This document shows positions 49,600 to 62,480 of a stretch of 64,000 nt of DNA, in pieces (position 1 is the first letter of the stretch; each line of letters starts with the position of its first letter). A model generated the notes under the pieces. The model was not told the DNA's origin. It made no database searches and worked only from the letters and a program-made list of their open reading frames with translations. Location: NCBI RefSeq assembly GCF_006345805.1, contig NC_043007.1, positions 17,546,001-17,610,000 on the forward strand, given 5' to 3'. The translations under genes were made by a program, and so were the position numbers. Origin of the DNA: Octopus sinensis. Its lineage: Eukaryota.

Positions 49600-49630
<31 letters not shown>

Positions 49631-49680
49631 ATGATGACGATGATGATGATGACGATGATGATGATGATAATGATGATAAA
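49470..49680. repeat. Compound (GAT)n/(GAC)n/(GCT)n microsatellite
   Basis: Directly visible. Confidence 0.95.
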
Positions 49681-49943
49681 TCGGCGATCTTTGATGTTAG
49701 GTACATAGATCTAGTGAAAAAGAAACAACCTGGGAAAATACAAAAATAGATTTGGGTATTCTGAATAAACGAAACGAATATATAAGCATTTTACATATTG
49801 GAACTTTTGCACTTTCCCCCACATTGTTTATTTTTCACTATGAGTCCACCAGATATATGTACCTATAACCAAAGATCGTCAAAAAAATTCCTTATGCCGG
49901 AACCCCCCCCCCAAAAAAAAACCAAACACATTATCTATTTTAG

Positions 49944-50143
49944 GGATCTTTACCTTATGACCGACAGATTTAAAAAATAATTTTTTGTAATTAAACACTT
50001 TCAGACTTCAGACACTGGTAGAATGTGTTATATAAAACATCTTTTACTCTTAGCGTTTTTGAGAAAAGCTTATTTTTAGGAAGTTATTTCACGTTAAGGT
50101 ACTCGTATTTCGGCAATTTCAACCAATCAATGACGTGTATTAT
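49944..50143. mobile_element. Truncated left arm of the long-TIR Merlin-like element
   Basis: GGATCTTTACCTTATGACCGACAG...caaccaatcaatgacgtgtatt, ending in (TAT/CAT)n. Confidence 0.75.
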
Positions 50144-50157
50144 TTATTATTATTATT

Positions 50158-50244
<87 letters not shown>

Positions 50245-50350
50245 GTTACTATTATTATTTAATTGAACGCGATGCATCCATTTCCAAGTAAGTTTATATA
50301 TATATATATATATATAATATATATATATATATACACATACACATGCAGAG

Positions 50351-50438
<88 letters not shown>

Positions 50439-50874
50439 ATGCCCAAATATTTTTAACATCATTGACGTCAGTTTTGTCGAAGATATATCTCATGTCAGTC
50501 AGAATTTCATAGGAACATCGACATCTCCATAAAAACCCTAAAACCCATTTTCTCATGTCTGTGTCCATAAAATAACAATTATTTAGTCGATCTTCCGCTG
50601 CTTTTTTTTAAAAACCTTCTTGCGTTATTGTTATTGTAATATAAAAACTGGCAGAATTGATTGAGTACCGAACAAAATTTCTCGCAGTATTTATCTACTT
50701 CTCCTCTTTATGCTCTGGTCTCAAATCTTGTGGAGGTCGTCTTTTTATTTTTTGTTGGGTCGATAAAAGTTGTGCCACTCATGCATTGGAATCGATTTAA
50801 TAGATTAACACTTCTCCCCGTCCCAAATTTGTGGTCTCAAGTATAAGTCAGAAATCATAATTAGTATTAGGAGC

Positions 50875-51481
50875 GGATCTTTTCCTTTTGACCGACAGAT
50901 TTAAAAAATAATTTTTTGTAACTAAACACTTTCAAACTTCGTATACTTGTAGAATGTGTCACATAAAACATCTTTTACTCTTGGCATTTTTGAGAAAAAC
51001 TTATAATTACGAAGTTATTTCACGTTAAAGTAGTATTTTTTCGGTAATTTCAACCAATCAATGACGTGTATTCAGCTGAATAAAATTACTGCCGTTGTTT
51101 GTCAACAACAGCTATCGGCGGTGTATATTTCGTTTGTCACAGTTATTTATGTTATCACTCGAGCGTTTGTACTGGTTTTAGCTTTAAGGTTTTAGGGTTA
51201 GGGTTATCATAAATAACACTGACAAACGAAATATACACCACCGGACGTTGTTGACAAACAACAGCAGTAATTTTATTTAGCTGAATACATGTCATTAATT
51301 GGTTGAAATCACCGAAATACGAGAACTTTAATGTGAAATAACTTTGTAAATATAAGTTTTTCTCAAAAATGCTAAGAGTAAAAGATGTTTTATATGACAC
51401 ATTCTACCAGTGTCCGAAGTTTGAAAGTGTTTAGTTACAAAAAATTATTTTTTAAATCTGTCGGTCAAAAGGTAAAAATCC
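50875..51481. mobile_element. Complete long-TIR (about 270-bp arms) Merlin-like foldback element
   Basis: ttaggagc|GGATCTTTTCCTTTTGACCGACAG ... CTGTCGGTCAAAAGGTAAAAATCC|ataggagc (8-bp TSD, 1 mismatch); central ttagggttaggg. Confidence 0.85.
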
Positions 51482-53540
51482 ATAGGAGCATCAACATAAA
51501 GCCGTAAGTTGTAGACTCGTTAGATCATCGGAAAAAATATTCAGTGACATTTCTGGCAGCTCTTTACTTCCTCTGTTTAAATTCGGTCGAAGTCAGCTAT
51601 GCTTTTAATCCTTTCGGGTCGATAAAAAAAAGTACCAGTCGAGCACCCAGGTCAATGCTATCAACTTGCTCCCTCCTTTCAAAATAGCTGACCTTGTGCC
51701 AAAATTAGAAAGGACAATTCTTCTAATTATTATATTAGAAAGGATGGGCGTAACTTCGGTATAGGTACCGGAAGTACTGGATACATTTCAAGAAAATGGG
51801 TTTTTTTTTTCTATATATGGGCGGTTAGGGTTAGGGTTAGGGTTTGTGTTAGGGTTAGAGGTGGGAGAAAAGGGTTTCTGTTATCTTCAGAAATGTAAAC
51901 AAAGCCACATCCGATGATTATTTTGTGCCAAAATGAGAAAGGGTAATTATTATAGCTGGTAGAATCTTTAGCGTATCGAGCATAACTCTTTGTGACATAT
52001 CTTCCGGCTCTCTACCGTTTGAGGTCAGCTTTGCTGTTCGTCTTTTCGACTTCGATAAAATAAGATCCACTTGAGCACTAAAGAGTGGGTGATCCTTGTA
52101 ATTGACTTAACTCCCTTGACCTAAAATTGCTGTTATGCCAAAATCTGAAGCCATTATTGGTAGACAAGAAGCTACTTGGTATTTTGTTACGTCCCTTTCT
52201 TTTCTCTCCAAGGTTAACTTTGTTTTTCATCCGTTAAGAATTAATAAAATAGCAGTACTCGAGTGCTGAGTCATATTTTCTTGACTATGACCGTCCTCTA
52301 AAGATCGTTATGACATTGAGCCCTTGTTAAAAGCCGTACAAAATGTTTTACTGTTTCTATTTCCGTTTTTTTAAAAAAAAAATACTTTGTAATTAATATC
52401 GCCTTTCATCTTTCTGATATCGTTAAATATAAGTACTGGGATCGATATAATCGACTCTTCATTTCTCCGAATGTGTCGCAGTGTGTCTGAATCGGAAATT
52501 ATTATCAGTAACAGAAACAATAAATGGATATGAAAAGTTTTGGCGCAACCGTTTTGGTGTCGCTTGTTTGGCGTCGTTAATTCGACGCTGACTTATTTGA
52601 CATCAGATTTTTATGCTTCTTTCGTTTTACTGCATCCCTTGTCCCTTCCTCCCTCGTTCTCTTCCTCTGTTTATGCGTGAGAGCATATTTCTCTTTATGC
52701 TTATGCCAATCGCGTTCAATTTATAAATTAAAATTCCCTCCTTCCTGTCTCTCCTTCTTATACTCTTTCTATCTGGATTTGTATATCTCTGCGTGTGCGC
52801 GTGTTTGCTTCCAGCGCTGTAAAGTATTGTCATCAAAACAGTTTGAATGTCCAGTCAACAGTGTCAAATCGCCCAAAGGGCTGTGCCCAGTTGTCTCATT
52901 CCAACAATAAACTGCCATGTGGTATTTAGTTATGCTTCTTTGTATACTAAATTCAAATAACTTCAGGATTGATTTTATATTCCCACTTTCTAAAATAATG
53001 TACCAATCTCGAGACGAGTTCAATATAATCGAATATGAATCCCTCCACAAATGTAACCTTGTGATCATCTTAAAAATTATTTTATGAAAAGCAGTTCCTT
53101 TACAAAAAAGGCTTCATGGTATTTCTACTGGTTCTTTAATATCTGAGTTCATATCTTACCAAGGTCAACTTTCCCTTTCATCCCTTCGGGATGGATGAAA
53201 TTTAGTTCCAGTCAAATAATAAGGTCTTCTTCAAATTTGAGGCCTTGTGTCTATGTCAGAAAATATTATCTCGTGGAAGATTCATTTAAATTACATCGAA
53301 TATACACTTTCGTTTTATTGTGTATCAGTGACCACAACAAAAACGTCTTTTTATTGCGCGCGTGTGTATAACACGTGCGTTTGAAAAGCTGAAAACTGTG
53401 AAAACACATAGTGAATGATCCACAATCACTCAAGCAAACTGAGTCCTCAACTCGTTCCATTTGCCAAGTGGTTTGTAAGACACCAGCAAGCCTCAAGAGA
53501 CACAATCATATCCATAGATCATGATTAACGCTGAGAGAAC

Positions 53541-53634
<94 letters not shown>

Positions 53635-53659
53635 CCAAATATGTATAATATCGGTGCTT

Positions 53660-54160
53660 ATTAATATTAATATATACACTGATATATATTTTGTTTTATT
53701 TTGTTCTGTTTACCTTCCATTATTGTACCAATGAGTATTATATTATATAAGTGTAGCATTATGAAGTTTATGTATAAGTTTTTATATTTTACATTTTTAT
53801 ATTTTTATATTTATATGTATATGGTTAAATAATCTTTTTCACAATTATAATAAATTTAATTCTCTGAAGAGGCCGTGGGGCATCCTTGTTAATGCCTCAT
53901 TTATACCTGCCTTTATGGCTTATAGGTTAAATGAGGTATGACTGCCCTCACTGCCGAAACAGCTGTCAGATTTGATTTAATTACATATTATATTTGAAAT
54001 TTTATACTTATATCTCTTTGTCTATTTACTCTTACTGTATATTTTGTATAATGCCTTTACTGATATGTAATGGTGTATTAAAGTATTGATTGGGTATCAT
54101 CTGATAGTTGATGTTTTATTGATTTAAGTATGTTTCTCCATTCTCTAATTTTGTAGTATA
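53660..54160 (+). mobile_element. AT-rich probable Penelope-like terminal repeat hosting the hammerhead
   Basis: T-rich block between (TA)n/(CA)n and (TA)n tracts; PLE assignment rests only on the hammerhead type and context. Confidence 0.45.
53861..53970 (+). ncRNA. Type I hammerhead ribozyme motif, intact core, extended stem II
   Basis: tct-CTGAAGA-ggc[79 nt]gcc-GAAA-cagctg-TC|aga; all core positions canonical, predicted GUC cleavage after 53967; palindromic stem III ACAGCTGT. Confidence 0.75.
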
Positions 54161-54161
54161 T

Positions 54162-54193
<32 letters not shown>

Positions 54194-54318
54194 TGAAACG
54201 CTTTAATTGAGAAAGGTTTACGTAATGGATGCGTTTCATATATATTACGCAAACCTAAAATGTGCGTATTAAATGATTTCAAATTATCACAATTTCATTA
54301 TTACAACTCTCTCTACCC

Positions 54319-54355
<37 letters not shown>

Positions 54356-54859
54356 CACACGCACGCAGAGAGAGAGGGGGAAGAGAGAGGGGAGAGAGGG
54401 GAGAGAGGGAGAGAGAGAGGGAGAGAGAGAGGGAGAGAGAGAGGGAGAGAGTTTGGAGAGTATACATATGTATACAGTGCTAGTACAAAACATAAGTGAA
54501 TATATAACAGTGTATATTTTAAATGGCTATCTTCACTCCCCCATGATATAAATGTTTCAGTTTCCATACACACCATCTCAGATCAAGGCACTCCGATATG
54601 AAATACAACTCCTTTATGGTATTTCAGCAATTTTAATTGAATAAAATGCAGTTTTGGTTTCATACAAAGTATTCGAGTAACTTTAATAGAAGAAAATGGA
54701 ATTTCATCGTTTGAAAACATATATTAAAAAGATGAAAAAGAAAAAAGAAATTGAATCAGGAAAATTCACTTCAGACGACTTGTGGGTATATTGTGAGGTT
54801 TCGCCGTCGTCAGTCTATTATTCATCCGGTATTTTCTCTTGTAAATCTCTTTCAATATA

Positions 54860-54925
<66 letters not shown>

Positions 54926-55484
54926 CACACGAAGTACGCACGCAGAGAGAGAGAGAGGGGGGGGGAGAGAGACGGAGAGAGAGAGAGTTTAGCAAAAGAA
55001 TTCGAATCCGAATAAATATTTGCAAATCAGCGTATTTAATTTTCTTTTAATGTATTTACTGACAAGAGAGAAGAGATAAGCTTTTGTTCTTTTTGCCAAG
55101 TTTACGAATATATTTAACGAGATAAAAATTGATGACTGGAAACGAACAGAAGAAGAAGACCTAGAGAGTTGTTATCTTATTTTTGCTACAATTTATTGTT
55201 ACTGTTCTTTTTTTTTACTCGATCCTTTACGTAATCCTCATCGTATCGTCCTGTCCCATCCCCAATGTCATTGCGAACCCTTGGTGGTTAATAAAGAATC
55301 GTTAGATCGTCGGATAAAAATACTTGGCGGTATTTCTTTCGGCTTTACGTTCCAAACGTCGAAGTCGATAAAATATGTATCACTTGAGCATTGGAGTAGA
55401 TGTAATCGACTAACCCCTACCCCTAAAAAATTGCTGGCCTTGTGCCAAAATCAAAAACATTATTATTGTTGCTGTTGTTATTTT

Positions 55485-55690
55485 CATATACACACAACAG
55501 ATTAGACTGTTGGAAAAGAAAAAAATCCTAACATCGGGCTACAACAAGTAACTTTAGATACCAAGAATCCTCCTAAGTATCTCAGCTGTCTCTAATAACA
55601 CTGTTTTCTGGAACTGTACTAAACTTTTATACCTATTTCCTCTATCCATCTGTTCAGATCTTTAGGGATAGTTCCTAATGCACCTTATTG
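55485..55690 (-). mobile_element. 3' end of an RLE-type non-LTR retrotransposon (R4/Dong-like), copy 1
   Basis: Minus frame GALGTIPKDLNRWIEEIGIKSLVQFQKTVLLETAEILRRILGI* (55684-55554), the typical RLE-clade C-terminus. Confidence 0.75.
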
Positions 55691-55697
55691 TTATCAT

Positions 55698-55740
<43 letters not shown>

Positions 55741-55742
<2 letters not shown>

Positions 55743-56005
55743 CATATACACTCAACAGATTAGACTGTTGGAAAAGAAAAGGATCCTAACATTAAGCTAC
55801 AACAAGTATAGCCTTTAGACACCAAGAACCCTCCTATTGAGTTCCAGCAAGTAACCTTAGATACCAAGAACCCTCCTAAAGTATCTCAGCTGTCCCTAAT
55901 AACACTATTTTCTGAAGATGTCCTAAACTGGGTTTTATGCCTATTTCCTCTATCAGTCTGTTCAGATCTTTAGGGATAGTTGTCAAATATAACTACTGGG
56001 ATACA
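55741..56005 (-). mobile_element. 3' end of the same RLE-type LINE, copy 2, in tandem
   Basis: KCIPVVI..TIPKDLNRLIEEIGIKPSLGHLQKIVLLGTAEIL; tail in (GAT/GCT)n. Confidence 0.75.
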
Positions 56006-56126
56006 TTTTACCCGCACTTTCCATAGTCTTTGTCATTCAATAATAGTTAGGTCCTGGTACTTTGCTAATTTTTCTATACTTCTCATATCAATTTGTTCGT
56101 CATTTGGGACTGTAAAGTCAATTATC

Positions 56127-56358
56127 GGATCTTTACCTTTTGACCGACAGATTTTAAAAATAATTTTTTGTAACTAAACACGTTCAGACTTCGTATACTT
56201 GTAGAATGTCACATAAAACATCTTTTATTCTTGGCATTGTTGAGAAAATCCTGTATTTTGGAAGTTATTTCTTGTTAAAGTTGTCGTATTTCGGTAATTT
56301 CAACCAATCAATGACGTGTATTCAGCTGAATAAAATTACTGCCGTTGTTTGTCAACAA
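56127..56358. mobile_element. Truncated left arm of the long-TIR Merlin-like element
   Basis: GGATCTTTACCTTTTGACCGACAG start. Confidence 0.75.
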
Positions 56359-57335
56359 TTTTGATTCATCAATCTATTTTGCTGAGATCAGTCAGTGAAT
56401 CTGATGAGTTTTTATCGAGCGTCATTAGTTAGTTTTTTGAAGATGTCATTTAGTTTGAAAGATTTGAATGGTTATCGAAAATTTTCCGGACTACCTTGTT
56501 ATGTGTTGTTTGGGTTCTGATGGGATGGACAACCAAATAAAAACCATTGTTATATTTACGTGTTTATTATCTTTACTTGATACACGGACGACGACGTTCT
56601 GCGTAGTAATACATTATATACTTTACACACAGTTTGTACTATTCACTACAAAATAGTGCCAAGAGTGGGGATGCACGTATACACAGATATGAATGTGTAA
56701 CATTCCTTATTACTTTACCTATATCATTTAGAAATACAACTAAGTCATTTTGTCGTCCCCTTTCCGAAATTTTATTTTCGTTAAGTTTTGCTCCATTTCA
56801 CTTCTAAGACATTAAGACAGATGTAAGTTAAAGGAATTTGTATGATTTGTTTAATTTTTTCCGACTGGTAGAGGATCTGGATTATTAAAGCAACGGATAG
56901 TGATTGCTTCTCGCACCCCCAAAAGGTCCAGAGAAGATATTCACACTAGTTCGTTACACACATTTACAATTTTCAACCATCAACCAGAGTAACTTGGAAC
57001 TTATGAAAAAAGGAAGATTTATATTACTCAGAACGTATGAAAAAAGGGTTAACTAAAAGTCTGAAAGCAAACATGGACGCTTAGGTCATGCTTATGAAAA
57101 TGATTTGGACAAGCAAAGGTCTAAATAACAGTTTCAAGTGTTAAACAAAAATGAACAAGAAAGGCGATTTCATTAGAAATGAAAATATTAATTGCAAATT
57201 TTGGCACAAGGACAGCTAGTTCGGGGGATGGGATAATCTTAGTGCTCAGCTGGTACTTATTATAACGACCCCAAATCGATAAAAGACAAAGTCGACTTCG
57301 GCAGCATTTGAATTCAGAAGGTAAGAACAGACGAA

Positions 57336-58090
57336 GGATCTTTTCCTTTTGACCGACATATTTAAAAAATAATTTTTTGTAACTAAACACTTTCAAACTT
57401 TGTATACTTGTAGACTGTGTTGCATAAAACATCTTTTACTTTCGGCGTTGTTGAGAAAATTCTGTATTTTGGAAATTATTTCTTGTTAAAGTTGTCGTAT
57501 TTCGGTAATTTCAACCAATCAGTGACGTGTATTCAGCTGAATAAAATTACTGCCGTTGTTTGTCAACAACTATCGGCGGTGAATATTTCGTTTATCACTG
57601 TTATTTATGACATCGTTCGTGCGTTTGTACTGGTTAGGGTTTTAGAGTTAGGGTTAGGGTTTTAGGATTAGGGTTAAGGTTTTATGGTTAGGGTTAGGGT
57701 TGGGGTTTTAGGGTTAGAGTTACGGATAAAAATGAAAAATGAAGCACGAACGATTATGGTGGTGCCATGAAATAAACTTGCTTCAGATACACTCGTTTAT
57801 TCATGCAAACACAACAGAGATGAAATATGTCATAAATAACAGTGACAAACGAAATATACACCGCCGGAAGTTGTTGACAAACAACAGCAGTAATTTTATT
57901 CAGTTGAATACGCTTCATTGATTGGTTGAAATTACCGAAATACGACAACTTTAACAAGAAATAACTTCCAAAATACAGAATTTTCTCAACAACGCCAAGA
58001 GTAAAAGATGTTTTATGTGACACATTTTACCAGTATACGAAGTTTGAAAGTGTTTAGTCACAAAACATTATTTTAAAATCTGTCGGTCGA
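57336..58090. mobile_element. Long-TIR Merlin-like element inserted in a family A SINE, with TTAGGG array
   Basis: SINE breaks at cagacgaa|GGATC and resumes gctaagcatttc at about 58097; (ttaggg)-like run at about 57633-57720. Confidence 0.8.
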
Positions 58091-59004
58091 AATGTCGCTA
58101 AGCATTTCTCTAAACATTTCTGCTAGCTCGTCGCCTAACGAAAATAAAAATGTAAAAATATTAAATCAGCTTTAAAATGCAAACGGTTCGACAGGAACTG
58201 CGCAACAGTTTAATAGTAAACGAGGCGACTGTTGGAACAATTAAAAGATACAAAGAAAAATCAGCGACAGTATAATGGCAGCTCAAACTAATATAATACA
58301 TACGGAGTAGCTTTATAAAACCCGATGTATTATCTATAGCAACGATCTTTAATTAAATCAACATTATAAATAAAATATCCAATGAGCTATAACCTGGAAT
58401 TCAAGCAGTAAGGAATAGCTTGAAAAGTTTTTATATAAAAGCTTCCTACATAACATCAAATTTGCATGGCGAAAGTGTACCAAAGGCGAGGAAATAAATA
58501 TTTAATGGTGATCTGAACAAACCGGTCTAGTTGGAGCAAAATGGCAATGTATGAATGTGTGTGTGCGTGTTTGTGTGCGCATGCGTGCGTATGTATGTAT
58601 GTAGGTAGGTATCCGTTCATACACCCATGCATGAATGTTGTACATATATTCATCAAGGATAGAAAAACGGTGAGCGAATTCAAAGTGTTCAAAGATCGAT
58701 TCATATTAGTATTATGCTGTGATGCATTAGGTGACTATTTTCTAACTGCTAATCTATGAAGCATAGTGACAAAAGTAACCAATAACGTTTCTTATATCGG
58801 TGTAAGCATAAAAACGGACACAAGTAGTCTCGCGTATACGATAATCGTATTTTCTCCATTTCAATAAAAGATTGTTCAAATTTTGTTTGTCATTTACTTT
58901 GTATGTCATTTAAAAAGTATTGCCCGCAATTTCCATGATTTCGCAATGTACAATGACTCGCGAAACCAAAATGTCTTGTAAACCGAGATACAACGCACGC
59001 ATGG

Positions 59005-59253
59005 GGTCTTTACCTTTTCACCGACATATTTAAAAAATAATTTTTTGTAACTAAACACTTTCAAACTTCGGACACTCGTAGAATGTGTCACATAAAACAT
59101 GTTTTACTCTTAGCATTTTTGAGAAAAACATATATTTACGAAGTTATTTCACGTTAAAGTTGACCTATTTCGGTAATTCCAACCAATCAATGACGTGTAT
59201 TCAGCTGAATAAAATTACTGCCGTTATTTGTCAACAACAACTATCGGCGGTAT
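59005..59253. mobile_element. Left arm of the long-TIR Merlin-like element fused to a SINE A tandem (59255-59565, minus)
   Basis: ggtctttaccttttcaccgac start; runs into cgacccctaaaggatgaaaag. Confidence 0.7.
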
Positions 59254-59604
59254 TTTTTCGACCCCTAAAGGATGAAAAGCAAAGTTGACCTCGGCGGAAT
59301 TTGAGCTCAGAACGTAACGGCAGACGAAATACCTATTTCTTTACTACCCACAAGGGGCTAAAACGCAGAGGGAACAAACAAGGACAGACAAACGGATTAA
59401 GTCGATTATATCGACTCCAGTGCGTAACTGGTACTTATCTAATCGACCCTGAGAGGATGAAAGGCAAAGTCGACCTCGGCGGAATTTGAACTCAGAACGT
59501 AACGGCAGATGAAATATGGCTACGCATTTCGCCTGGCGTGCTAACGTTTCTGCCAGCTCGCCGCTTTCCACACGACGCTAATTTGACCAAAAATGGTATT
59601 CGGT

Positions 59605-59843
59605 TGGTAAGTTCTGCCGCACTCTCCATATTCTCCTGATATAGCACCTTCAAATTCCCACCTTTTTCGGTCGCTCTCCAATAGCCTGAGAGGCGTTTCG
59701 TTCACCAAAGACATGGAATTGAAAACATGGCACGTTGAATTTTTCGAGTCAGACCCTGTGATTTCTACCGTTAAGGCATTGACACGCAAGTGGAACGTTG
59801 GCAAGAAGTAGTAAATAATGAAGGAGAATATATAATTGGTTAA
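59605..59843 (+). pseudogene. Mariner transposase C-terminal fragment (second subfamily)
   Basis: W*VLPHSPYSPDIAPSNSHLFRSLSNSLRG..FFES / RPCDFYR*GI..VERWQEVVNNEGEYIIG*; YSPDLAPSD.HLF-type motif. Confidence 0.85.
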
Positions 59844-60582
59844 AATTGTTGATCAAAAATAAGGATTATAGGTGAAATAAACATCGGAGATGCTTTGCCC
59901 GACACAAAACTGAAGGAGTTACTCAGGGGTTTTGACAACTCTTCTTTTAAATCTATCGCAATGTTGGAAGCATTTTCATTTCATCAGCAGATATCTCAGG
60001 GTCACATGTATTTCGTCTCTTAGCCCGTAGACTTCGACTGACTAGAGCAGGGAAGATAGAATTAGTCTTCATCTTCCATTGAAAAAGAAAGAAAGAAAGA
60101 AAGGAACGAATTTATCTGGCAAACGCAGCTGTACAGTTGTTTAATAAGAGTGGAATGTTCTTTTCTTTCTCTATTTCTTTTTAAAACCTAAACGAATTAT
60201 ATAAGTCGACTAAAGGATCTCCGGTAGATGCTTAGTTCATTGGAAGCCGTCTCTTTTGATTGCTTGAGCCGTATATATATAATTTTTTGGAACCGTAGAT
60301 TTCGAAGAACATAAAGCTATAAATAATGGGCTGAGAAACCTTTTGGATAGAAAAAGTCGAAGGTTATCCGTAAGTCTCGAACTCAGATCACATGTAGACA
60401 TGACAGGTGTTCTACCTTTGGACCAAACCAATCCTTCGAATGTTTCCATCCATTTTAGAAACTTCACATGTTATTATTTATTGCTTTATGTGCTTCGAGA
60501 TCCACTGTTTCAATAAAGAATGATTTCAGTTCTCGAAATTTTATAAAATTCAACAACAAACAATCCTCGTTGTTAAGAATAT

Positions 60583-60826
60583 GTAGGCGCGTGGCTTAGT
60601 TGTTAGGGTGTTGAACTCATGATTATAAGGTCGTGGTTTCGATTCCTGGACCGGACGATGCGTTGTGTTCTTGAGCAAAACACTTCATTTTCACGTTGCT
60701 CCAGTCCACTCAGCTGGCAAGAATGAGTATTCCAGAGATGGACCGGCGTCCCGTCCAGGTGGAGAATTTCTATGCCACTGAAACCGGGAAACCGGTCCTT
60801 ATAAGCCTGGCATGGCTCCAGAAGGA
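60583..60826 (+). mobile_element. SINE family D (CORE) with gatggac..cccgtccagg tail
   Basis: Colinear with 47118-47362. Confidence 0.8.
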
Positions 60827-61045
60827 ATATATATATGTGTATACGTGCGTGCGTGCGCGTGCGATCCATCAATTCTGTTTCAATATCCTAAGTTCACAGA
60901 AGGCGGTGAACTGGCTGAATCGTTACCGCTCCGGACAAAATGCTTAGTTCAAATGCAACGGAGGTCGACTTTGCCTTTCATCCTTTCGAGATCGATAAAA
61001 TAAGTATCTCTTCCCACGAAATTGCCGGTCTTGTTCACTATATGT

Positions 61046-61206
61046 GGAGGCGCAATGGCCCAGTGGTTAGGGCAGCGGACTCGCGGTCGGAGGATCGCGA
61101 TTTCGATTCCCAGACCGGGCGTTGTGTGTATTTATTGGGCAAAAATACCTAAAAGCTCCACGAAACTCCGGCAGGGGTGGTGACGACTCCTGTTCTACTC
61201 TTTCGC
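61046..61206 (+). mobile_element. SINE family B head, followed by two tail-only copies (about 61400-61560, 61590-61750)
   Basis: Intact A/B boxes; later ctgcgatggactggcatcccgtccagctg...gaaaccgggcccatgagcctggctaggcttgaa occurs twice. Confidence 0.75.
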
Positions 61207-62139
61207 TACGGGCAAAGACCCTGAAACATGCGTGTCTCTAGATGCAGGCCTAGCTGTTGGGAGTGTTTGTCTCCCCTTCGTAAATATATAAGGACACAGG
61301 AAATGTGTCAAGGCCGACAGGAAGCGTCGATGCTTCATAGGGCTAAAAAGCGGTGGTGTAATTCCCTCACAGGACTGTCACATTAAGTTGACAGTATACA
61401 ACCACTTCTCTCACTCTCTCTTCCTGTTTCTTGAGTAACGCTGCGATGGACTGGCATCCCGTCCAGCTGATAGTGGTGGGGGGACACATATGCCACAGAA
61501 ACCGGGAAACCGGGCCCATGAGCCTGGCTAGGCTTGAAATGGGTGTATAAAAAAATAATGTTTATCCAAACCATGTGGGGGAGGTGGGGTGGTGACCCCT
61601 GTTGTACTCTTTCGCCTCATCTTTCTCTCTTTCTTCCTGTTTCTTGAGTATCGCTGTGATGGACTGGCGTCCCGTCCAGCTGGGGGAGGGGACACATACG
61701 CCACAGAAACCTGGAAACCGGGCCCATGAGCCTGGCTAGGCTTGAAAAGGGGCGACAGAATATGTTCACTGTATTTAAATTTCGCATAGAAAAAGTTTAA
61801 AGTTTTTCTAGCAAATGTTCAAAACATCCCCCACCATCACACACTCACAAAGAAAAAGAAAGACGCCGTCAGTTTATACAAACAGTATATAATCTTTTGA
61901 ATAAAATCTTACGCAATATTTTTTTCATTTCTTTTCAATCAGCCTTTCTTTTTTTTACTTTTCGTTTTGTTTTGTTGTTTTATTCATTTATTTACGTGTC
62001 TGTCTCTTACTCACAGATATGCATGTACGCACACACAAATACATACGCACTGTGTCACACATACACACACACAAATACATACGCACCGTGTCACACATAC
62101 ACACACACACATCGTAAAGGACGGACAAGTGACATGTTG

Positions 62140-62480
62140 CGTTTTTTCTCTCTCCGTCTTTTATTCTCTGACTTCCTCCCCATCCCTCTTTCACTGTCTT
62201 GTTCCCCTCCTCTTTCTCCTCTTAACCTCTCTCTTTCTCCTCTTTCCCCTCTCTCTTTCTCCTCTACCCCTCTCTCCTCCTCTACCAGTCTCTCTTTCTC
62301 TTTTACCTCGTCTCTTTCTCCTCTACCCCGTCTCTCTTTCTCCTCTTTCCCCTCTCTCTTTCTCCTCTACCAGTCTCTCTGTCTCCTCTCTCTTTCTCCT
62401 CTACCCGTTTCTCTTTCTCCTCTGCCTTCTCTCTCTTTCTCCACTACCAGTCTCTCTTTCTCCTCTTCCCCCTCTCTCTT
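62140..62480. repeat. CT-rich minisatellite (ctctctctttctcctctacc-like unit)
   Basis: Directly visible. Confidence 0.9.

Noticed and set aside
52815-52921. Plus-strand exon candidate (AVKYCHQNSLNVQSTVSNRPKGCAQLSHSNNKLPCG)
   Set aside because: Good pyrimidine tract but weak donor (GTATTT), no partner exons, no recognisable homology.
56910-57080. KVQRR...YSERMKKGL resembling a CR1/L2 ORF2 C-terminus
   Set aside because: Heavily interrupted; similarity too weak to call without a search.
58177-58275. MQTVRQELRNSLIVNEATVGTIKRYKEK, reminiscent of a pogo/Tigger HTH
   Set aside because: Too short; no TIR or catalytic domain nearby.
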